Shown here piece by piece: positions 49,524 through 61,158 of a DNA stretch of 64,000 nucleotides (positions are counted from its first letter, which is position 1; every line of letters starts with the position of its first letter). Both the position numbers and the translations under genes were made by a program. The notes under the pieces are model-generated. The model had not been told where the DNA came from. It ran no database searches and saw only the letters and a program-made list of their open reading frames with translations. Origin of the DNA: an uncultured Dehalococcoidia bacterium (GTDB taxonomy: Bacteria > Chloroflexota > Dehalococcoidia > DSTF01 > JALHUB01); contig CAZMGB010000003.1 in the NCBI GenBank assembly GCA_964565775.1, forward strand, positions 30,079-94,078, in the 5' to 3' direction.

Positions 49524-49887
49524 GAGCCATCACGCTCCTTCCGTCGACTCACTTGCCGTATACAATGGCCTCCATCACTGGCCCATCCCACGCGCTTCTA
49601 GCGAACGCAGTCCCCGCCGGTTTGTATGAACGCTACTCTGCCTTCGCGATGAACGCAACCATCTCTCCGTCTAGGCGTGGCTCCTCGTCATCCGGCGGAG
49701 TGTGCCAAAGGCAGCGGTCTCCTAATGCAAGCGGACGACCCCGAGGCGGCACCCCGACCCTCGAGGGACTGCGGCTGGCGTCTCGGCCGATGAGGAACGC
49801 ACCTAGGGGTAATTGTCAAGTAGCGCTGAGCGTCAAGAGGCGGCTGAGAACGGCAGCTCGCGAGCGCAACCGGCTGAGGACTGTGAC

Positions 49888-52770
49888 CTAGCGCGACGTG
49901 CCGGAAAGCAGAGCAACCGGGAAGCGGCTGAACACGTCGCCCACGCGAATCAACTTCCCTCGAGCATCTGGGACGGCCTCTATGGCCTCGCCGGTGAGAA
50001 CGTGCGACCAGTGCATGGGAGCGCCCTCGGGAAGGCTGAGAGCAGTCCCCAACCAGATCCTGCGCCCCGCAGGCGATCTCTTTCGAGCGGAAAGCCTGGC
50101 CAGGAACCTGGGTACCGCCACGATTGCCCACACCTTCCCTCTTCGCCGCGCCCACGCTACGACGTGCTCCTTCCTTGGGCCGGAACAGAACAAGGGGAGA
50201 TAGTCCCCCTTCAGGAAGAGTCCGGCGTGAGCCCGGCGGAAGCCCAGGGCTATCGCCATGACGTAGAGCTTCACCCGGCCGTCCCGCCAGTGGGAGAGGA
50301 GCTCCTGAGCGAGAGGCACACCTTCGTCCGTTTCCCGCCGTCTCAGTACCTCGAGGAGGTCCATACGTTTGGCAAAGTCCACGGGCCGTCGGTTGTCTGG
50401 ATCAACGAGGCTGAGGTCCCACAGCTCGGTGCCCTGGTAGAAGTCGGGTACCCCCGGTGAGGTGAGCTTCAGAAGGACCTGGGCGAGTGAGTTCATCGCA
50501 CCATGATAGGCAACCTTCTCTTGAAACCGCAGGAAATCGGTAGGGAACCTGCTCTCGGCGAAAGCGTCCAGGATCGAGTCAACGAACTCCGCAAGAGCCC
50601 GTTCGTAGCTAGCGTCGGGCTGTATCCAGCTCGTGTGGTCTTTGGCTTCGCGGGCCGCCTTGACCACATAGGCCTTGACGCGCTCCTTGAACGCAGGTGT
50701 GTCCTCATCGTCCAAGGGCCAGGCGCCTATCAGGGTCTGGTAGAGGAGGAGCTCTTCGTTTGCGTCCGGCACCAGGCGACCGTCGACCGGCCGCTTCTTC
50801 TTCCGGTTCCACCGACTCCAGCGACTCAGGCACCTCGCCCACTCCTCCGGAAGCTCCGAAAGCACGTCGATCCTGGCCCGAACGTCCTCTCCCCGCTTCG
50901 TATCATGCGTCGACGTGGCGTTCAGAGTGTGCGGCCAGCAAGCGAGCCTGGCCTGATTCAGGCGGTGAAATGCCTCAACGGCGTGCGGGACGCCCGCTCC
51001 CTCCGGATCGCCGCCGACTTCGTTGAGGGAGAGCAGGCGGTTGTACACGTAGAGCGCGGTGTCTTCGACCCCCTTGGCCATGACCGGGCCGGTGAACTGC
51101 TGCCAACGCATGACGAACCGGAGCCATTCGTGCCTTTCATCCGGTGACAGCTCCCGTGGGAGATCGAGGAGGAAGACGCGTCGGAGGAACTCGAACAGCA
51201 GTGCGGCCGAAGAGCGATACCGGCGCCGGGCTTCCGCAATGGCGCGCTCGATGTACATCCGGTCCTGCGCACCCACTTCGAAGCCACGGACGTAGATCCG
51301 ATATACGGGCAGGCAAGCCGTGACCTCTACAAGAGCCTCGACGAGTTCCGTCGACACGAGGCCGCGCGCATCCTGAGCCTGCGCAGCCAGCCGGCCCAAC
51401 TCCCGGCCCAGGGTCGCCACCTCGCCCGCGAAGAGCTCCTCCATGACCTGCTTCTTGCGCGCGTAGCGGACATCGGCGAAGCTTCCCTCGGCACCCGTGA
51501 ACCGAGCGTAGATGCCGTCCAGGGCCTTGAGGCCTTCAGGATCGATAAAGAGAGCGTTCACAGCGTTGAGGAAGTCATAGCTGGTCGTGCCGGCCGCCGG
51601 CCACTCTCCAGGCAAAGACTCATCGCTCGCCAGGATCTTCTCGACGACCACATAGAAGGCCGACCCCTTGCGCTTCCTTCCCTCATCGCCGGACGGGACC
51701 CGGCTTCGAAGCTGTCGAAGGTAGCCCAGCGGATCGTACAGCCCGTCCACGTGGTCAATCCTCAGACCGCTGATCTTCCGTTCCTTCGCCAGCCCGAGGA
51801 TCAGCGCATGGGTCGCTGCGAACACCTCCGGGTCCTCAAGCCGAAGACACACGAGGTCGCTGATGTCGAAGAAGCGTCTGTAGTTGATTCGAGCCATCGC
51901 CTCGCGCCAGAAGGCCAGGTGGTACGGCTGGTCGGCCAGAAGGCGGTCCAGCAGGCCAAAGCTGCCGGCGTCTTCCTTCGTGCCGTTGAAGACCCTAATG
52001 TTCTCATCGAGGAACTCTCGCACTTCAGGATGGGTGTTGTAGAGGCGCCATAGCTTCCGTTTGATGGTCTCCCGGTTTCGCCGTCTTTCCCCTTTCCGTG
52101 CCGGGTCTGTGGTCGTACGGTCGGGCAACCGCCTGATCGAGTCGATTGAACGCGCAAACCGCCGGAAGGCTGAGCTGTCCCCGCCGAGGACATCGCGCAA
52201 CGTCTCCAATCGGTACGCGAGCAGAGCGCAGCACGACTTCGGGTCCAGGGGCAGCCTCAGGTCGTGATAGCGGACGAAGAAGCCATGCTGGTCGAACGCG
52301 AGGGCAAACTCTTGCTCCAGGAGGGCCTGGTTGTAGGGTCGGCCGAGGACTGGTAGGAGGACCTTGTTCTCCAGGGCTCCGCCACCGGCCGGGTGCCAAT
52401 CGATGTCGAAGTAGGAAGCGTATTGGGAACTGGGCCCGTTTTCGAGCACGTCCCTCCACCAGGGATTCTCCGGGCTCGCGGCCATGTGGTTGGGTACGAT
52501 GTCGAGGAGGAGCCCCATCCCGTGGCGTTCGAGCTCTCGAACGAGCGACTCGAATTCTTCCGCGGTGCCCAGCTCAGGGTTGAGGCGCGTCGGGTCGGTT
52601 ACATCGTATCCGTGGGTGCTGCCCCGCCGTGCCTGGAGGAGAGGGGAGGCGTAGAGGTCGCTGATGCCGAGCTCGCGGAGATAGGGCACGAGTCTCCGAG
52701 CGTCATCGAACCGAAAGCTGCGGTTGAACTGAATACGGTAGGTGGCTACGGCGACCCGAGGGACGGTCAT
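49888..52770 (-). CDS. treY: Malto-oligosyltrehalose synthase
   Basis: N-terminus 'ATYRIQFNRSFRFDDARRLVPYLRELGISDLYASPLL'. 'LDIVPNHMA'. 960 aa. Confidence 0.8.
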   Translation of the reverse strand: MTVPRVAVATYRIQFNRSFRFDDARRLVPYLRELGISDLYASPLLQARRGSTHGYDVTDPTRLNPELGTAEEFESLVRELERHGMGLLLDIVPNHMAASPENPWWRDVLENGPSSQYASYFDIDWHPAGGGALENKVLLPVLGRPYNQALLEQEFALAFDQHGFFVRYHDLRLPLDPKSCCALLAYRLETLRDVLGGDSSAFRRFARSIDSIRRLPDRTTTDPARKGERRRNRETIKRKLWRLYNTHPEVREFLDENIRVFNGTKEDAGSFGLLDRLLADQPYHLAFWREAMARINYRRFFDISDLVCLRLEDPEVFAATHALILGLAKERKISGLRIDHVDGLYDPLGYLRQLRSRVPSGDEGRKRKGSAFYVVVEKILASDESLPGEWPAAGTTSYDFLNAVNALFIDPEGLKALDGIYARFTGAEGSFADVRYARKKQVMEELFAGEVATLGRELGRLAAQAQDARGLVSTELVEALVEVTACLPVYRIYVRGFEVGAQDRMYIERAIAEARRRYRSSAALLFEFLRRVFLLDLPRELSPDERHEWLRFVMRWQQFTGPVMAKGVEDTALYVYNRLLSLNEVGGDPEGAGVPHAVEAFHRLNQARLACWPHTLNATSTHDTKRGEDVRARIDVLSELPEEWARCLSRWSRWNRKKKRPVDGRLVPDANEELLLYQTLIGAWPLDDEDTPAFKERVKAYVVKAAREAKDHTSWIQPDASYERALAEFVDSILDAFAESRFPTDFLRFQEKVAYHGAMNSLAQVLLKLTSPGVPDFYQGTELWDLSLVDPDNRRPVDFAKRMDLLEVLRRRETDEGVPLAQELLSHWRDGRVKLYVMAIALGFRRAHAGLFLKGDYLPLFCSGPRKEHVVAWARRRGKVWAIVAVPRFLARLSARKRSPAGRRIWLGTALSLPEGAPMHWSHVLTGEAIEAVPDARGKLIRVGDVFSRFPVALLSGTSR

Positions 52771-55197
52771 CTACTCGACGCGGACCGACAGCTGATCGCC
52801 CAGGGCCACGAAGCGCCCGGCCCAGTCTCGCGCGATCTCATCTCCCTCATCGGCCCTGGCACGCGACTCGGGATAAGCGCTGTGCAGCACCTCGTAGTAG
52901 GCATTCTGGGCTTTCCAGAGGTCTACCTCGAATGGCAGGGTATGCGCCAGGCCAACCGCCCCTTCCAGCGTTTCGAGCGCGATAGGATCGCCAGGCTGCG
53001 CGCGGAACCTCTCGGCCAGCCGCCCGATGGTCTGATTGATCGTGTATGCGATCCCCTGCACGTCCAGCTCGAGGCCCCAGGTGGCCGTCTCCTCGAAGAG
53101 GCTGCGAACACGGTCCAGATCGGGGGTCTCCAACTGGAAGGCGCGGCGAACGTCTGCGTTCATCATCGCCTCCGCGGCCGAGCAGAGCTCCCTGGGAATG
53201 GGAACCCTTATATCGGCGAGGAAGTGCATGAGCGGGGCGTGATGCTCGTACGTCTGGCGATAGGCGGCCTCGGCCTCAGCCAGCGTCGACGCCAGTATCA
53301 TGTTTATGACCCTACGCTGCTCGTCCCGGAAGAGCGACTTCAGGGAGTAGGTAAGCTCCAGGAAGTGTTTGTCCAGGAGACGGATGACCTCGGGCAGGTC
53401 TCCTCGGGAGAAGGCGTCTGTGACTTCATCGACCATCGTCTGGTAAGCCCTCTGCCCGCGGAACGCGCGCACACCCCCGTTCAGGTTGTGGTCGCCGAAG
53501 TGGAGGACGCCAAAGCTCAGGAGCGCCGATTCCCTCGTGATCTCTGAGGTGACGCGGACGCGTCCGACAACCAGTCTCGTTTCGCCCACCTCTACCTTGC
53601 GGTAATCGTCGCGATTCACGGTGTAGCAGTGGATGTTTGTGCTTTCACCGTAAGGTTCAAACAGAGAGCTTACGGCGTAGTGAGCCACTACCTGCGAGAG
53701 GTCGACCTTTGTCGGCTTGACGGATCTCTCGTAGATGCGCCGACCATCCCTGTACCAGGCGATGTTGCTCTTCGCCATCTGGAGCCTCTCGAGGAAATCC
53801 GACTCGGTATCATCGTTCCACAGCTCCTCCGCCAGCTGGATGGCGCGTCCCGCGTACTGGATGACCTGCACCGCCTCGATACCTGACAGCTCGTCGAAGA
53901 ACCAGCCGCAGCTAGCGTACATGAGCATGGCGTGGTGCTGGAGCTCAAGGAGCTTGAGCACCGTGATCTCCTCGGCTTCGTCTAGCGGCCGAGCGCTGTG
54001 CTCGGCGAGAAACCGGCTTACGTTCTCCGGCGAGCGGTCCAGAATGACGTTGACATAGTCGTCACGGGCCGCCCAAGGCTCCCTCAGTAGCTCGCGCCCT
54101 GTCTCCTCGTAGCGCGATGCCAGCGAGTCCCGCAGCCAGTCCAGAGCCTCTCGCAAGGGGGCCCGCCAGGCCTGGTTCCACTCCGAGTGCCCACCCGTGT
54201 TGCATCCGCAGTCGCTGCGCCAGCGCTCGACGCCGTGAGCGCAGCTCCATGAGCTGTTCTCAACGATCACCACTTCGTGGACGGGCGGAGAGCTCTCAAG
54301 GTACTGTCCGTAGTTGGTCAGGCGCGCCAGGTTGTTGGACTCGATGTAATCGAGCGCGAAGGCCAATGCCATGTCGCCATGCGGGCGGTGGTGTCCGTAG
54401 GTCTCGCCATCGGTGGCGATGTTGACGAGCTGGGGCCAGCTACGCTCATCTGAGAACGCGGCGGCAAGCCGGTTCGCAAACTGCTCTCCCCTGGTGAGCA
54501 GCTCCTCGAAGGCAACAGCCCGGGCGATGGGGTCGTCGTAGAAGAACAGGCTCATCCGCCGGCCGGACGGAAGGCGGCACATGTAGGCCCGCGTGGGGTC
54601 GATGCGCCCGTCGCTCAGGTCCCGCCAGCCACGACGGCCGATCCTGCGCACTCTGCTCGCTTGATGAGGCGCAAGAATCGTGAACTGGATCCCCAGCTCG
54701 GCCATGATATCCAGCGTCTCCAGGTCCACGGCCGTCTCTGGAAGCCACATGCCCTCCGGCGAACGACCAAAGCGATGCTCGAAGTCGCGGATGCCCCAAA
54801 GAACCTGAGTATACTTGTCGCGGCGATTCGCGAGAGGCATGATCATGTGGTTGTATGCCTGGGCCAGCGCCGAGCCGTGCCCCCCGAATCTCTCCTGGCT
54901 CATCCGGTCGGCTGCCAGGACTGCCTCGTAGACGTCCGGCGCCTTCTCCTGCAGCCAGAGGAGGAGCGTCGGGCCGAAGTTGAAGCTCATCCTGGCATAG
55001 TTGTTCACAATCTTCACGATCCGGCCCTCGCCGTCGAGAATGCGAGAGGCCGTGTTGGGCGCATAGCACTCGGTCGTGACCCGCTCGTTCCAGTCGTGGT
55101 ACGGATACGCCGAGTCCTGGAGCTCGATGGTCCGAAGCCAGGGGTTCTCGCGCGGCGGCTGGTAGAAGTGCCCGTGGATGCAGACGTACCGCTCCAT
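52771..55197 (-). CDS. Glycoside hydrolase family 57 protein (alpha-glucan active; C-terminal DUF3536-like region)
   Basis: 'YVCIHGHFYQPPRENPW' GH57 N-terminal signature. The start codon overlaps the treZ stop (TGATG). Confidence 0.7.
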   Translation of the reverse strand: MERYVCIHGHFYQPPRENPWLRTIELQDSAYPYHDWNERVTTECYAPNTASRILDGEGRIVKIVNNYARMSFNFGPTLLLWLQEKAPDVYEAVLAADRMSQERFGGHGSALAQAYNHMIMPLANRRDKYTQVLWGIRDFEHRFGRSPEGMWLPETAVDLETLDIMAELGIQFTILAPHQASRVRRIGRRGWRDLSDGRIDPTRAYMCRLPSGRRMSLFFYDDPIARAVAFEELLTRGEQFANRLAAAFSDERSWPQLVNIATDGETYGHHRPHGDMALAFALDYIESNNLARLTNYGQYLESSPPVHEVVIVENSSWSCAHGVERWRSDCGCNTGGHSEWNQAWRAPLREALDWLRDSLASRYEETGRELLREPWAARDDYVNVILDRSPENVSRFLAEHSARPLDEAEEITVLKLLELQHHAMLMYASCGWFFDELSGIEAVQVIQYAGRAIQLAEELWNDDTESDFLERLQMAKSNIAWYRDGRRIYERSVKPTKVDLSQVVAHYAVSSLFEPYGESTNIHCYTVNRDDYRKVEVGETRLVVGRVRVTSEITRESALLSFGVLHFGDHNLNGGVRAFRGQRAYQTMVDEVTDAFSRGDLPEVIRLLDKHFLELTYSLKSLFRDEQRRVINMILASTLAEAEAAYRQTYEHHAPLMHFLADIRVPIPRELCSAAEAMMNADVRRAFQLETPDLDRVRSLFEETATWGLELDVQGIAYTINQTIGRLAERFRAQPGDPIALETLEGAVGLAHTLPFEVDLWKAQNAYYEVLHSAYPESRARADEGDEIARDWAGRFVALGDQLSVRVE

Positions 55198-57050
55198 CAG
55201 GGCCGGCCCTCCTTCACGAAAAGAGCAAGAGCCGTGGGGCTCAGGATAAGGGTCGCGTCGCCTTCCGTCCGCAGCGTCGCGGAGACCGAGCTTCCGCCTC
55301 CACGCCATTGCTCATCCGCCGAGTCGAGCTGTTTGCGCCAGCGACCGCGGGGTATGGGCAGGTTCACGGTGTTCGGAGCCTTGCTGAAGTTGAGGACGGC
55401 AAAGGTATCGCTGCTTCCGCTCCAGCGCCGAACGAACAGGACCCGCTCATCCTCGTAACCCACAACTTCCATCTCCTTCTTGTTCATGGACGCCAGGGCG
55501 GGAAGCGCCTTACGCAGCCGCATCACCTCTTGGTAGAACCTATGGAGTGCTCTGTGGTTACCATGGCGCCGCAGGTTGTGGTCGAGCTTGCAGCGCAGGA
55601 ACGTCGCCTCGTCCTGCGGGTCGGGCGGCTCCCCTCGCCAGGCGAAAGCCGCGAACTCCTCCCGCCGCCCCTGTCGCACCGCCTCCACCAACCCGGGATC
55701 CGAGTGGCTGATGAAATAGAGGAGGGGCGCCGTCTCTCCGTACTCCTCTCCCATGAAGAGCAGAGGGATGAAAGGTGAGAGCATCACAGCGCCGGCCGCC
55801 AGCTTGAGCTCTTCGAAAGAGACGAGCTGGCTGAGCCGCTCACCCAGCATGCGGTTGCCCACCTGATCGTGGTTCTGCGCGAAGACGACGAACCTCTCGG
55901 CAGGCACGTCGCGTGAGGAGGCACCGTGCCGTCGCTGGCGATAGGGAGAGTACTGGCCAGAGTATACGAAACCTTCTCTGTAGGCCTTGGCTAGATCCTC
56001 GACACGGCCGAAATCCTCATAATATCCTACCGTCTCGCCAGTTAGCAGGACGTGCAGGGCGTGGTGGAAATCGTCGTTCCACTGGGCGTCCGCGCCATAG
56101 CCACCCTCCTTGCGTGACCGAATGAGGCGGGGATCGCTGAGGGTGCTCTCGGGTATGCAGTAGACGCGCCGGTTGAGCCGCTCAGCCTCGACGTGAACCG
56201 CCTCGGCCAGCTCCTCAATGAACAGCCGGGCCGAGTGGTCGACTATTGCGTGGACCGCATCCAGTCGAAGGGCGTCGATGTGGAACTCCGACACCCAGCA
56301 GCTCGCGTTGTCTATGAAGAAGCGGCGGACCTCGTCGCTGTGGGGCCCGTCGAAGTTGAGCGCCGAGCCCCAGGGCGTCTTGTACCGGTCAGTGAAATAG
56401 GGGCCGAACTCGGCCAGGCAGTTCCCCTCCGGTCCGAGGTGGTTGTACACGACATCAAGGACAACGGCGAGGGCACGCTCGTGGCAGGAGTTCACCAGCC
56501 GTCTCAGACCTGTCGGGCCCCCATACGAGTTCTGGACCGCGAAGGGGCATGCTCCATCGTAGCCCCAGTTGCGCGTCCCCGGGAACTGGGCGACGGGCAT
56601 CAGCTCTATCGCCGTGATGCCCAGATCCTTGAGCTCGTCTAGGTGCGGGATTATCGCTTCGAATGTGCCCGCCGGGGTGAAGAGACCGACGTGCAGCTCG
56701 TAGATAATGTAGTCGCTGAGGGGCAGCCCAGTCCAGGCGCCATCCGCCCAGTCGAAGTGCGGGTCCACCACCTGCGAAGGACCGTGGACGCCCTGCGGCT
56801 GCGATCGAGAGGCGGGATCCGGGCGTTCGGCCTCCTCGTCGAGTCGACAGAGATAGAGGCTTCCGGAATCGATCTTATCGACGACTGCCTGATAGTACCC
56901 CCGCTCCTTCCGCTCCATCGGCACAAGTCGCTCCCGAGGCGTCAGGACGTGCAAGTCAACCCGTTCGGCCAGCGGAGCCCAGACACAGACGCGGCACCGG
57001 CCGTCCCCTAAGTAGGTCGCGCCAAGACGGGCGTCCCGGCCCTGCACCAC
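55197..57050 (-). CDS. treZ: Malto-oligosyltrehalose trehalohydrolase (GH13, N-terminal CBM48)
   Basis: 'LGATYLGDGRCRVCVWAP' CBM48 start. GH13 core 'LDVVYNH', 'GFRLDAVHAI'. Confidence 0.85.
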   Translation of the reverse strand: MVQGRDARLGATYLGDGRCRVCVWAPLAERVDLHVLTPRERLVPMERKERGYYQAVVDKIDSGSLYLCRLDEEAERPDPASRSQPQGVHGPSQVVDPHFDWADGAWTGLPLSDYIIYELHVGLFTPAGTFEAIIPHLDELKDLGITAIELMPVAQFPGTRNWGYDGACPFAVQNSYGGPTGLRRLVNSCHERALAVVLDVVYNHLGPEGNCLAEFGPYFTDRYKTPWGSALNFDGPHSDEVRRFFIDNASCWVSEFHIDALRLDAVHAIVDHSARLFIEELAEAVHVEAERLNRRVYCIPESTLSDPRLIRSRKEGGYGADAQWNDDFHHALHVLLTGETVGYYEDFGRVEDLAKAYREGFVYSGQYSPYRQRRHGASSRDVPAERFVVFAQNHDQVGNRMLGERLSQLVSFEELKLAAGAVMLSPFIPLLFMGEEYGETAPLLYFISHSDPGLVEAVRQGRREEFAAFAWRGEPPDPQDEATFLRCKLDHNLRRHGNHRALHRFYQEVMRLRKALPALASMNKKEMEVVGYEDERVLFVRRWSGSSDTFAVLNFSKAPNTVNLPIPRGRWRKQLDSADEQWRGGGSSVSATLRTEGDATLILSPTALALFVKEGRP

Positions 57051-57052
57051 GG

Positions 57053-59029
57053 CTACTGCCCCGCGCTCTTGAAGAAGACGGCGGCCAGGGGCGGGAGGGT
57101 AAGGTTGATGGAGTGTGGCCGGCCGTGGAATCGAATCGGCGCCGCCTCCACGCTGCCGAGGTTGCCCTCGCCGCTGCCCCAGTACTCCTTGGCGTCGCTG
57201 TTGAGAAGCTCTATCCAGAACCCCCCGCGCGGGACGCCGACCCGGTGGTTGTAGCGGGCGACAGGCGTGAAGTTGCAGACAGCAAGCACGATGTCATCGT
57301 CTGACTTTCCTTTTCGGATGAAGCTGATGGCGCTGTTATCGGCGTCACTGGCGTCGACCCATTCGAAGCCCGCCGGGTCGCAGTCGAGCTCATGGAGTGC
57401 GGGCTCGCTCCTGTAGAGCCGGTTCAGGTCCTCCACCCACGTCTGGAGGCACGCATGCCGGTCGAAACCGGCCAGGTGCCAGTCCAGGCTCTCGTCGTGG
57501 TGCCACTCGCGCCACTGGCCGAACTCTCCGCCCATGAAGAGCAGCTTCTTCCCCGGCTGGGCGTACATGTACCCAAGCAGGAGCCTGAGGTTGGCGAACT
57601 TCTGCCAGTCGTCTCCGGGCATCTTGGCGAGAAGTGCGCCCTTGCCGTGTACCACCTCGTCATGGGAGAGCGGAAGGGCGAAGTTCTCGTTGAAGGCATA
57701 GATCATGCGGAACGTGAGCTCGTTGTGATGATACCTTCGGTGTATGGGGTCCTTGGTGATGTACTCAAGCGTATCGTGCATCCAGCCCATGTCCCACTTG
57801 AGGCCGAAGCCCAGACCCCCCACGTAGGTCGGCCGCGAGACCATGGGCCAGGCTGTCGACTCCTCGGCGATGGTCTGGACATCGGGATGGGCCATGTAGA
57901 CCTCCTCGTTGAGACGCCGGAGGAACGCGACGGCCTCCAGGTTTTCGTTTCCTCCGTACTGGTTGGGCATCCACTCTCCTTTCTTGCGAGAGTAGTCCAG
58001 GTAGAGCATGGAGGCCACTGCATCCACGCGCAGCCCGTCGACGTGGTACTTGTCCAGCCAGAAGAGGGCGCTGCTGAGGAGAAAGCTCCGGACCTCGTGG
58101 CGGCCGTAGTTGAAGATGAAGCTGTCCCAGTCCGGGTGGAAGCCTTTCTGAGGGTAGCCGTGCTCGTACAGGTGCGTACCGTCGAAGAAGCCCAGCCCGA
58201 ACTCGTCCGTCGGGAAGTGCGAAGGCACCCAGTCCAGGATCACGCCGATACCGTTCTGGTGGAGGCAGTCGACCAGGTGCATGAAGTCCTGCGGAGTCCC
58301 ATAGCGGCTCGTCGGAGCAAAATAGCCGGTGGTCTGGTAGCCCCAGGAGCCGTAGAACGGGTGCTCCATGACGGGGAGGAACTCCACGTGAGTGAAGCCC
58401 AGGCGCTTGACGTACTCGGCCAGCCTGGGGGCCAGCTCTCGGTAGCTGAGGGAGCGGTCTCCGTCCTCAGACACCCGCATCCAGGAGCCGAGATGCACTT
58501 CGTAGATGGCGATGGGTGAGTCGAGCGCGTTGCGGGCACGCCGGCTCTCGAGCCAGTCTTTGTCCCCCCACTCGTAGTCCAGGTCCCATACGATCGACGC
58601 CGTCTTGGGGGGCGTCTCACTGTGGAACGCCAGAGGGTCGGCCTTGTCTACCCGGTAGCCCCTGTGCCTCGACACAACGCGATACTTGTAGATGGCCGGG
58701 CTCTTCACGCCGGGGACGAAACCCTCCCAGATGCCCGACTGGCCGCGTTGACCGAGGGGATGGCTGGACTTGTTCCAGCCATTGAAGTCCCCCATGACGA
58801 AGACCTGCTCGGCGTTCGGCGCCCACACGGCGAAGTATGTCCCTGCCTTCCTGTCGACGGTCAAGAGGTGGGCGCCCAGCTTGTCGTACAGCCGGAGGTG
58901 GCTTCCCTCGTTGAACAGGTAGAGGTCATCGTCGGCCAGGAGCGTGACATCATACCAGACCGCGTGTCTTCGTGCCTCAGCCTTGGCGGGTCGAGCTGGT
59001 CTTCTGCTTCCCTTCTTCGGGGTCGTCAT
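57053..59029 (-). CDS. glgB: 1,4-alpha-glucan branching enzyme
   Basis: '[21 protein letters not shown]', 'ILDWVPSHF', '[12 protein letters not shown]'. 658 aa. Confidence 0.9.
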   Translation of the reverse strand: MTTPKKGSRRPARPAKAEARRHAVWYDVTLLADDDLYLFNEGSHLRLYDKLGAHLLTVDRKAGTYFAVWAPNAEQVFVMGDFNGWNKSSHPLGQRGQSGIWEGFVPGVKSPAIYKYRVVSRHRGYRVDKADPLAFHSETPPKTASIVWDLDYEWGDKDWLESRRARNALDSPIAIYEVHLGSWMRVSEDGDRSLSYRELAPRLAEYVKRLGFTHVEFLPVMEHPFYGSWGYQTTGYFAPTSRYGTPQDFMHLVDCLHQNGIGVILDWVPSHFPTDEFGLGFFDGTHLYEHGYPQKGFHPDWDSFIFNYGRHEVRSFLLSSALFWLDKYHVDGLRVDAVASMLYLDYSRKKGEWMPNQYGGNENLEAVAFLRRLNEEVYMAHPDVQTIAEESTAWPMVSRPTYVGGLGFGLKWDMGWMHDTLEYITKDPIHRRYHHNELTFRMIYAFNENFALPLSHDEVVHGKGALLAKMPGDDWQKFANLRLLLGYMYAQPGKKLLFMGGEFGQWREWHHDESLDWHLAGFDRHACLQTWVEDLNRLYRSEPALHELDCDPAGFEWVDASDADNSAISFIRKGKSDDDIVLAVCNFTPVARYNHRVGVPRGGFWIELLNSDAKEYWGSGEGNLGSVEAAPIRFHGRPHSINLTLPPLAAVFFKSAGQ

Positions 59030-61158
59030 CGGCCCCTCCTTCCCTTCCTCACACGGTCGACCTCACGGAGGGCCCCCAGTACTGCGGGCATCTCGCGGAC
59101 TGCATCGAGACTGTAGCGCGCCTTGCGTTGCCAGTTCGGGTGCTCATTCCGGGTTCCTGGTACGTTCTGAGGTTGCGTCTCCAGCCACAGGTCTTCCAAG
59201 TTTACCAGAACGACCCGGGCCGGGCTGGCGCTCAGGAATGCGAGTACAGCCCTCATCACAGACTCGACATCTGCGGACGCATCTCCTACCAGCCCCTTGC
59301 ATTTCAGGAAACGTAGGAGGGCTCTCCGTTGCTGTCGGCGGGTTTGCCGCTCCGACCGAGCGCCGGCCTCATCCAGCACCCCCAGCCGCAGCCTGTCTTC
59401 GATGTCCAGGTCCCGCCAGAAAGCCGCGAACGGAGCCATGTCGTGCGTGTTGAGACTGGCGATGGAGTCTGCGGGCACAGCTCGAAGTGCCCTAGCCCTG
59501 TCCGAGGCCAGCTCGTAGTGCACCACATACATACGCTGGATGTCGTGGCGGGCCATGGCGCGATTCACGTAGGTGGGCACCGTCCCGAGGTTCTCCCCAA
59601 CGATCCGTGCTCTGTGTCGGTGGGACTCGAGACTCAAGATAGCATAGAGCTCCTCCGCCGGATAATGGACGTAGACCCCCTCCCCAGCGTCGAGCCCTTG
59701 CGGGATCCAGAAGAGGCGGTGCAGACCCATCACGTGGTCGATGCGGAGGATACGCGCGTGGCGCAGGTGATGCCGGATGTAGGCGATCACGTAGCGATAG
59801 CCCTGTTCCCTGACTCTCTCCGGGTGTAACGGTGGAAAGCCCCAGTCCTGTCCCTTGGTGAAGACAGTGTCCGGCGGCGCACCCCCCCGCGCCTCTGTGG
59901 CAAAGACTTCGCGGTGGCGCCACGCGTCGTACCCGTGCGGGTGAACGCCGAGCGGGAGGTCGAGATACATCAACTGGCCGACCTGATCGGCTTTCTCTGA
60001 CAGCCGCCTAATCTGCCCGCTCGCCACCCACTGCGCGTAAAGGTGATAGCGCTCCGCCTCCTCGTCGTAGTCCGCAGGGCTCAACTCCCCGTCCCGAAGC
60101 GGCTTCGGCCACACGGGCCAGGGGGCGCGCTGTCGCTCGCAGGCGGCTCGAAAGCGCGCGTAGTCCTCCGCCTCGGGATTTGCCTCGACGAACTCGCGGA
60201 GAGCCGTACGACGTTCAGACCCGCCGGCATGGAAGCAGCGCGCGAGCTCCTCGAGTACCTGCCGTTTCAGCGCCATCTGCCGGCGGTAGTCGACACGACC
60301 CGAGGAGCGAAATGCGTCGAGCTGCGCCTCGACGTGAGCCGAAGCGAGAAGCGATCTTGCCGCCTGGCACTGTGCCAGCTCCGGCACTCGGGTCACGTCC
60401 ACGTAGAACTCGTTCCAGAACAGACGGCTCACCGGGGCGTAGGGGCTGGGGTTGAAGGGCTCCTCGATGAAGGAGGCGAGCATGGGAAGTGTCGCCACCA
60501 CCGTCCCTCCCAGGCCGGCGACCCAGTCCATGAGCGATTCCAGGTCAGAGAAATCGCCGGCCCCCCAGCTCCGTTTGGAGTGCAGAGCATAAAGGGGAAG
60601 GAATGCGCCCCAGACCCGGCTCGCTGGCCCGTCAGGCGCCACATATGCACGTGTCGGCGCGCTGAAGATGATCGTCTCGAAGTGGCAACGCTCGAGCCGC
60701 AGACCGAGTCGGTGATACCCAAACGGCAAGCCGGGTAGGGCGATGCTCTTGGCCACGTAGCGGACGCCCTCGACTTCGTCGGCAGCAACGGTGGGCAAAG
60801 CGGAGAGCTCCAGATGCCACCGGCGCTCTTCCCCTTGCTCAAGGCTCAGCGCACAAGCGAGGGAGCCAGCCGCCTGCTCCGCCGGGAGAGACAGCTTGAC
60901 CTCGGCGGGGCGGCCGTCCCAGGCGACGATCACCGGCTCGACGCCCCGCCGCCAGAGAGCCTGCCGGCGCTCCCTTACGGCCGCCGGGATATCCCGAGGC
61001 GTCTCCACCGGCGCACCCAGCGCCATCAGCGCACGTAGCAGACTCTCGCGCGACGCCTCCCTCCGGCGATGGTTCACGTCGTAGTAGGCCGTCTGGACGC
61101 CGTAGAGACTGGCGAGGCGACGAATCGACTGTCCAGGAGCGGTCGCCGCAGAGGTCAT
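59026..61158 (-). CDS. malQ: 4-alpha-glucanotransferase (amylomaltase, GH77, long form)
   Basis: '[17 protein letters not shown]'. '[16 protein letters not shown]'. 4-nt overlaps with neighbouring genes. Confidence 0.85.
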   Translation of the reverse strand: MTSAATAPGQSIRRLASLYGVQTAYYDVNHRRREASRESLLRALMALGAPVETPRDIPAAVRERRQALWRRGVEPVIVAWDGRPAEVKLSLPAEQAAGSLACALSLEQGEERRWHLELSALPTVAADEVEGVRYVAKSIALPGLPFGYHRLGLRLERCHFETIIFSAPTRAYVAPDGPASRVWGAFLPLYALHSKRSWGAGDFSDLESLMDWVAGLGGTVVATLPMLASFIEEPFNPSPYAPVSRLFWNEFYVDVTRVPELAQCQAARSLLASAHVEAQLDAFRSSGRVDYRRQMALKRQVLEELARCFHAGGSERRTALREFVEANPEAEDYARFRAACERQRAPWPVWPKPLRDGELSPADYDEEAERYHLYAQWVASGQIRRLSEKADQVGQLMYLDLPLGVHPHGYDAWRHREVFATEARGGAPPDTVFTKGQDWGFPPLHPERVREQGYRYVIAYIRHHLRHARILRIDHVMGLHRLFWIPQGLDAGEGVYVHYPAEELYAILSLESHRHRARIVGENLGTVPTYVNRAMARHDIQRMYVVHYELASDRARALRAVPADSIASLNTHDMAPFAAFWRDLDIEDRLRLGVLDEAGARSERQTRRQQRRALLRFLKCKGLVGDASADVESVMRAVLAFLSASPARVVLVNLEDLWLETQPQNVPGTRNEHPNWQRKARYSLDAVREMPAVLGALREVDRVRKGRRGR

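Noticed and set aside
49523-49888. FNR/NsrR-type operator upstream of qNOR ('TTGCCGTATACAAT')
   Set aside because: It resembles TTGAT-N4-ATCAA only loosely (half-site mismatches). It cannot be supported without a position weight matrix scan.
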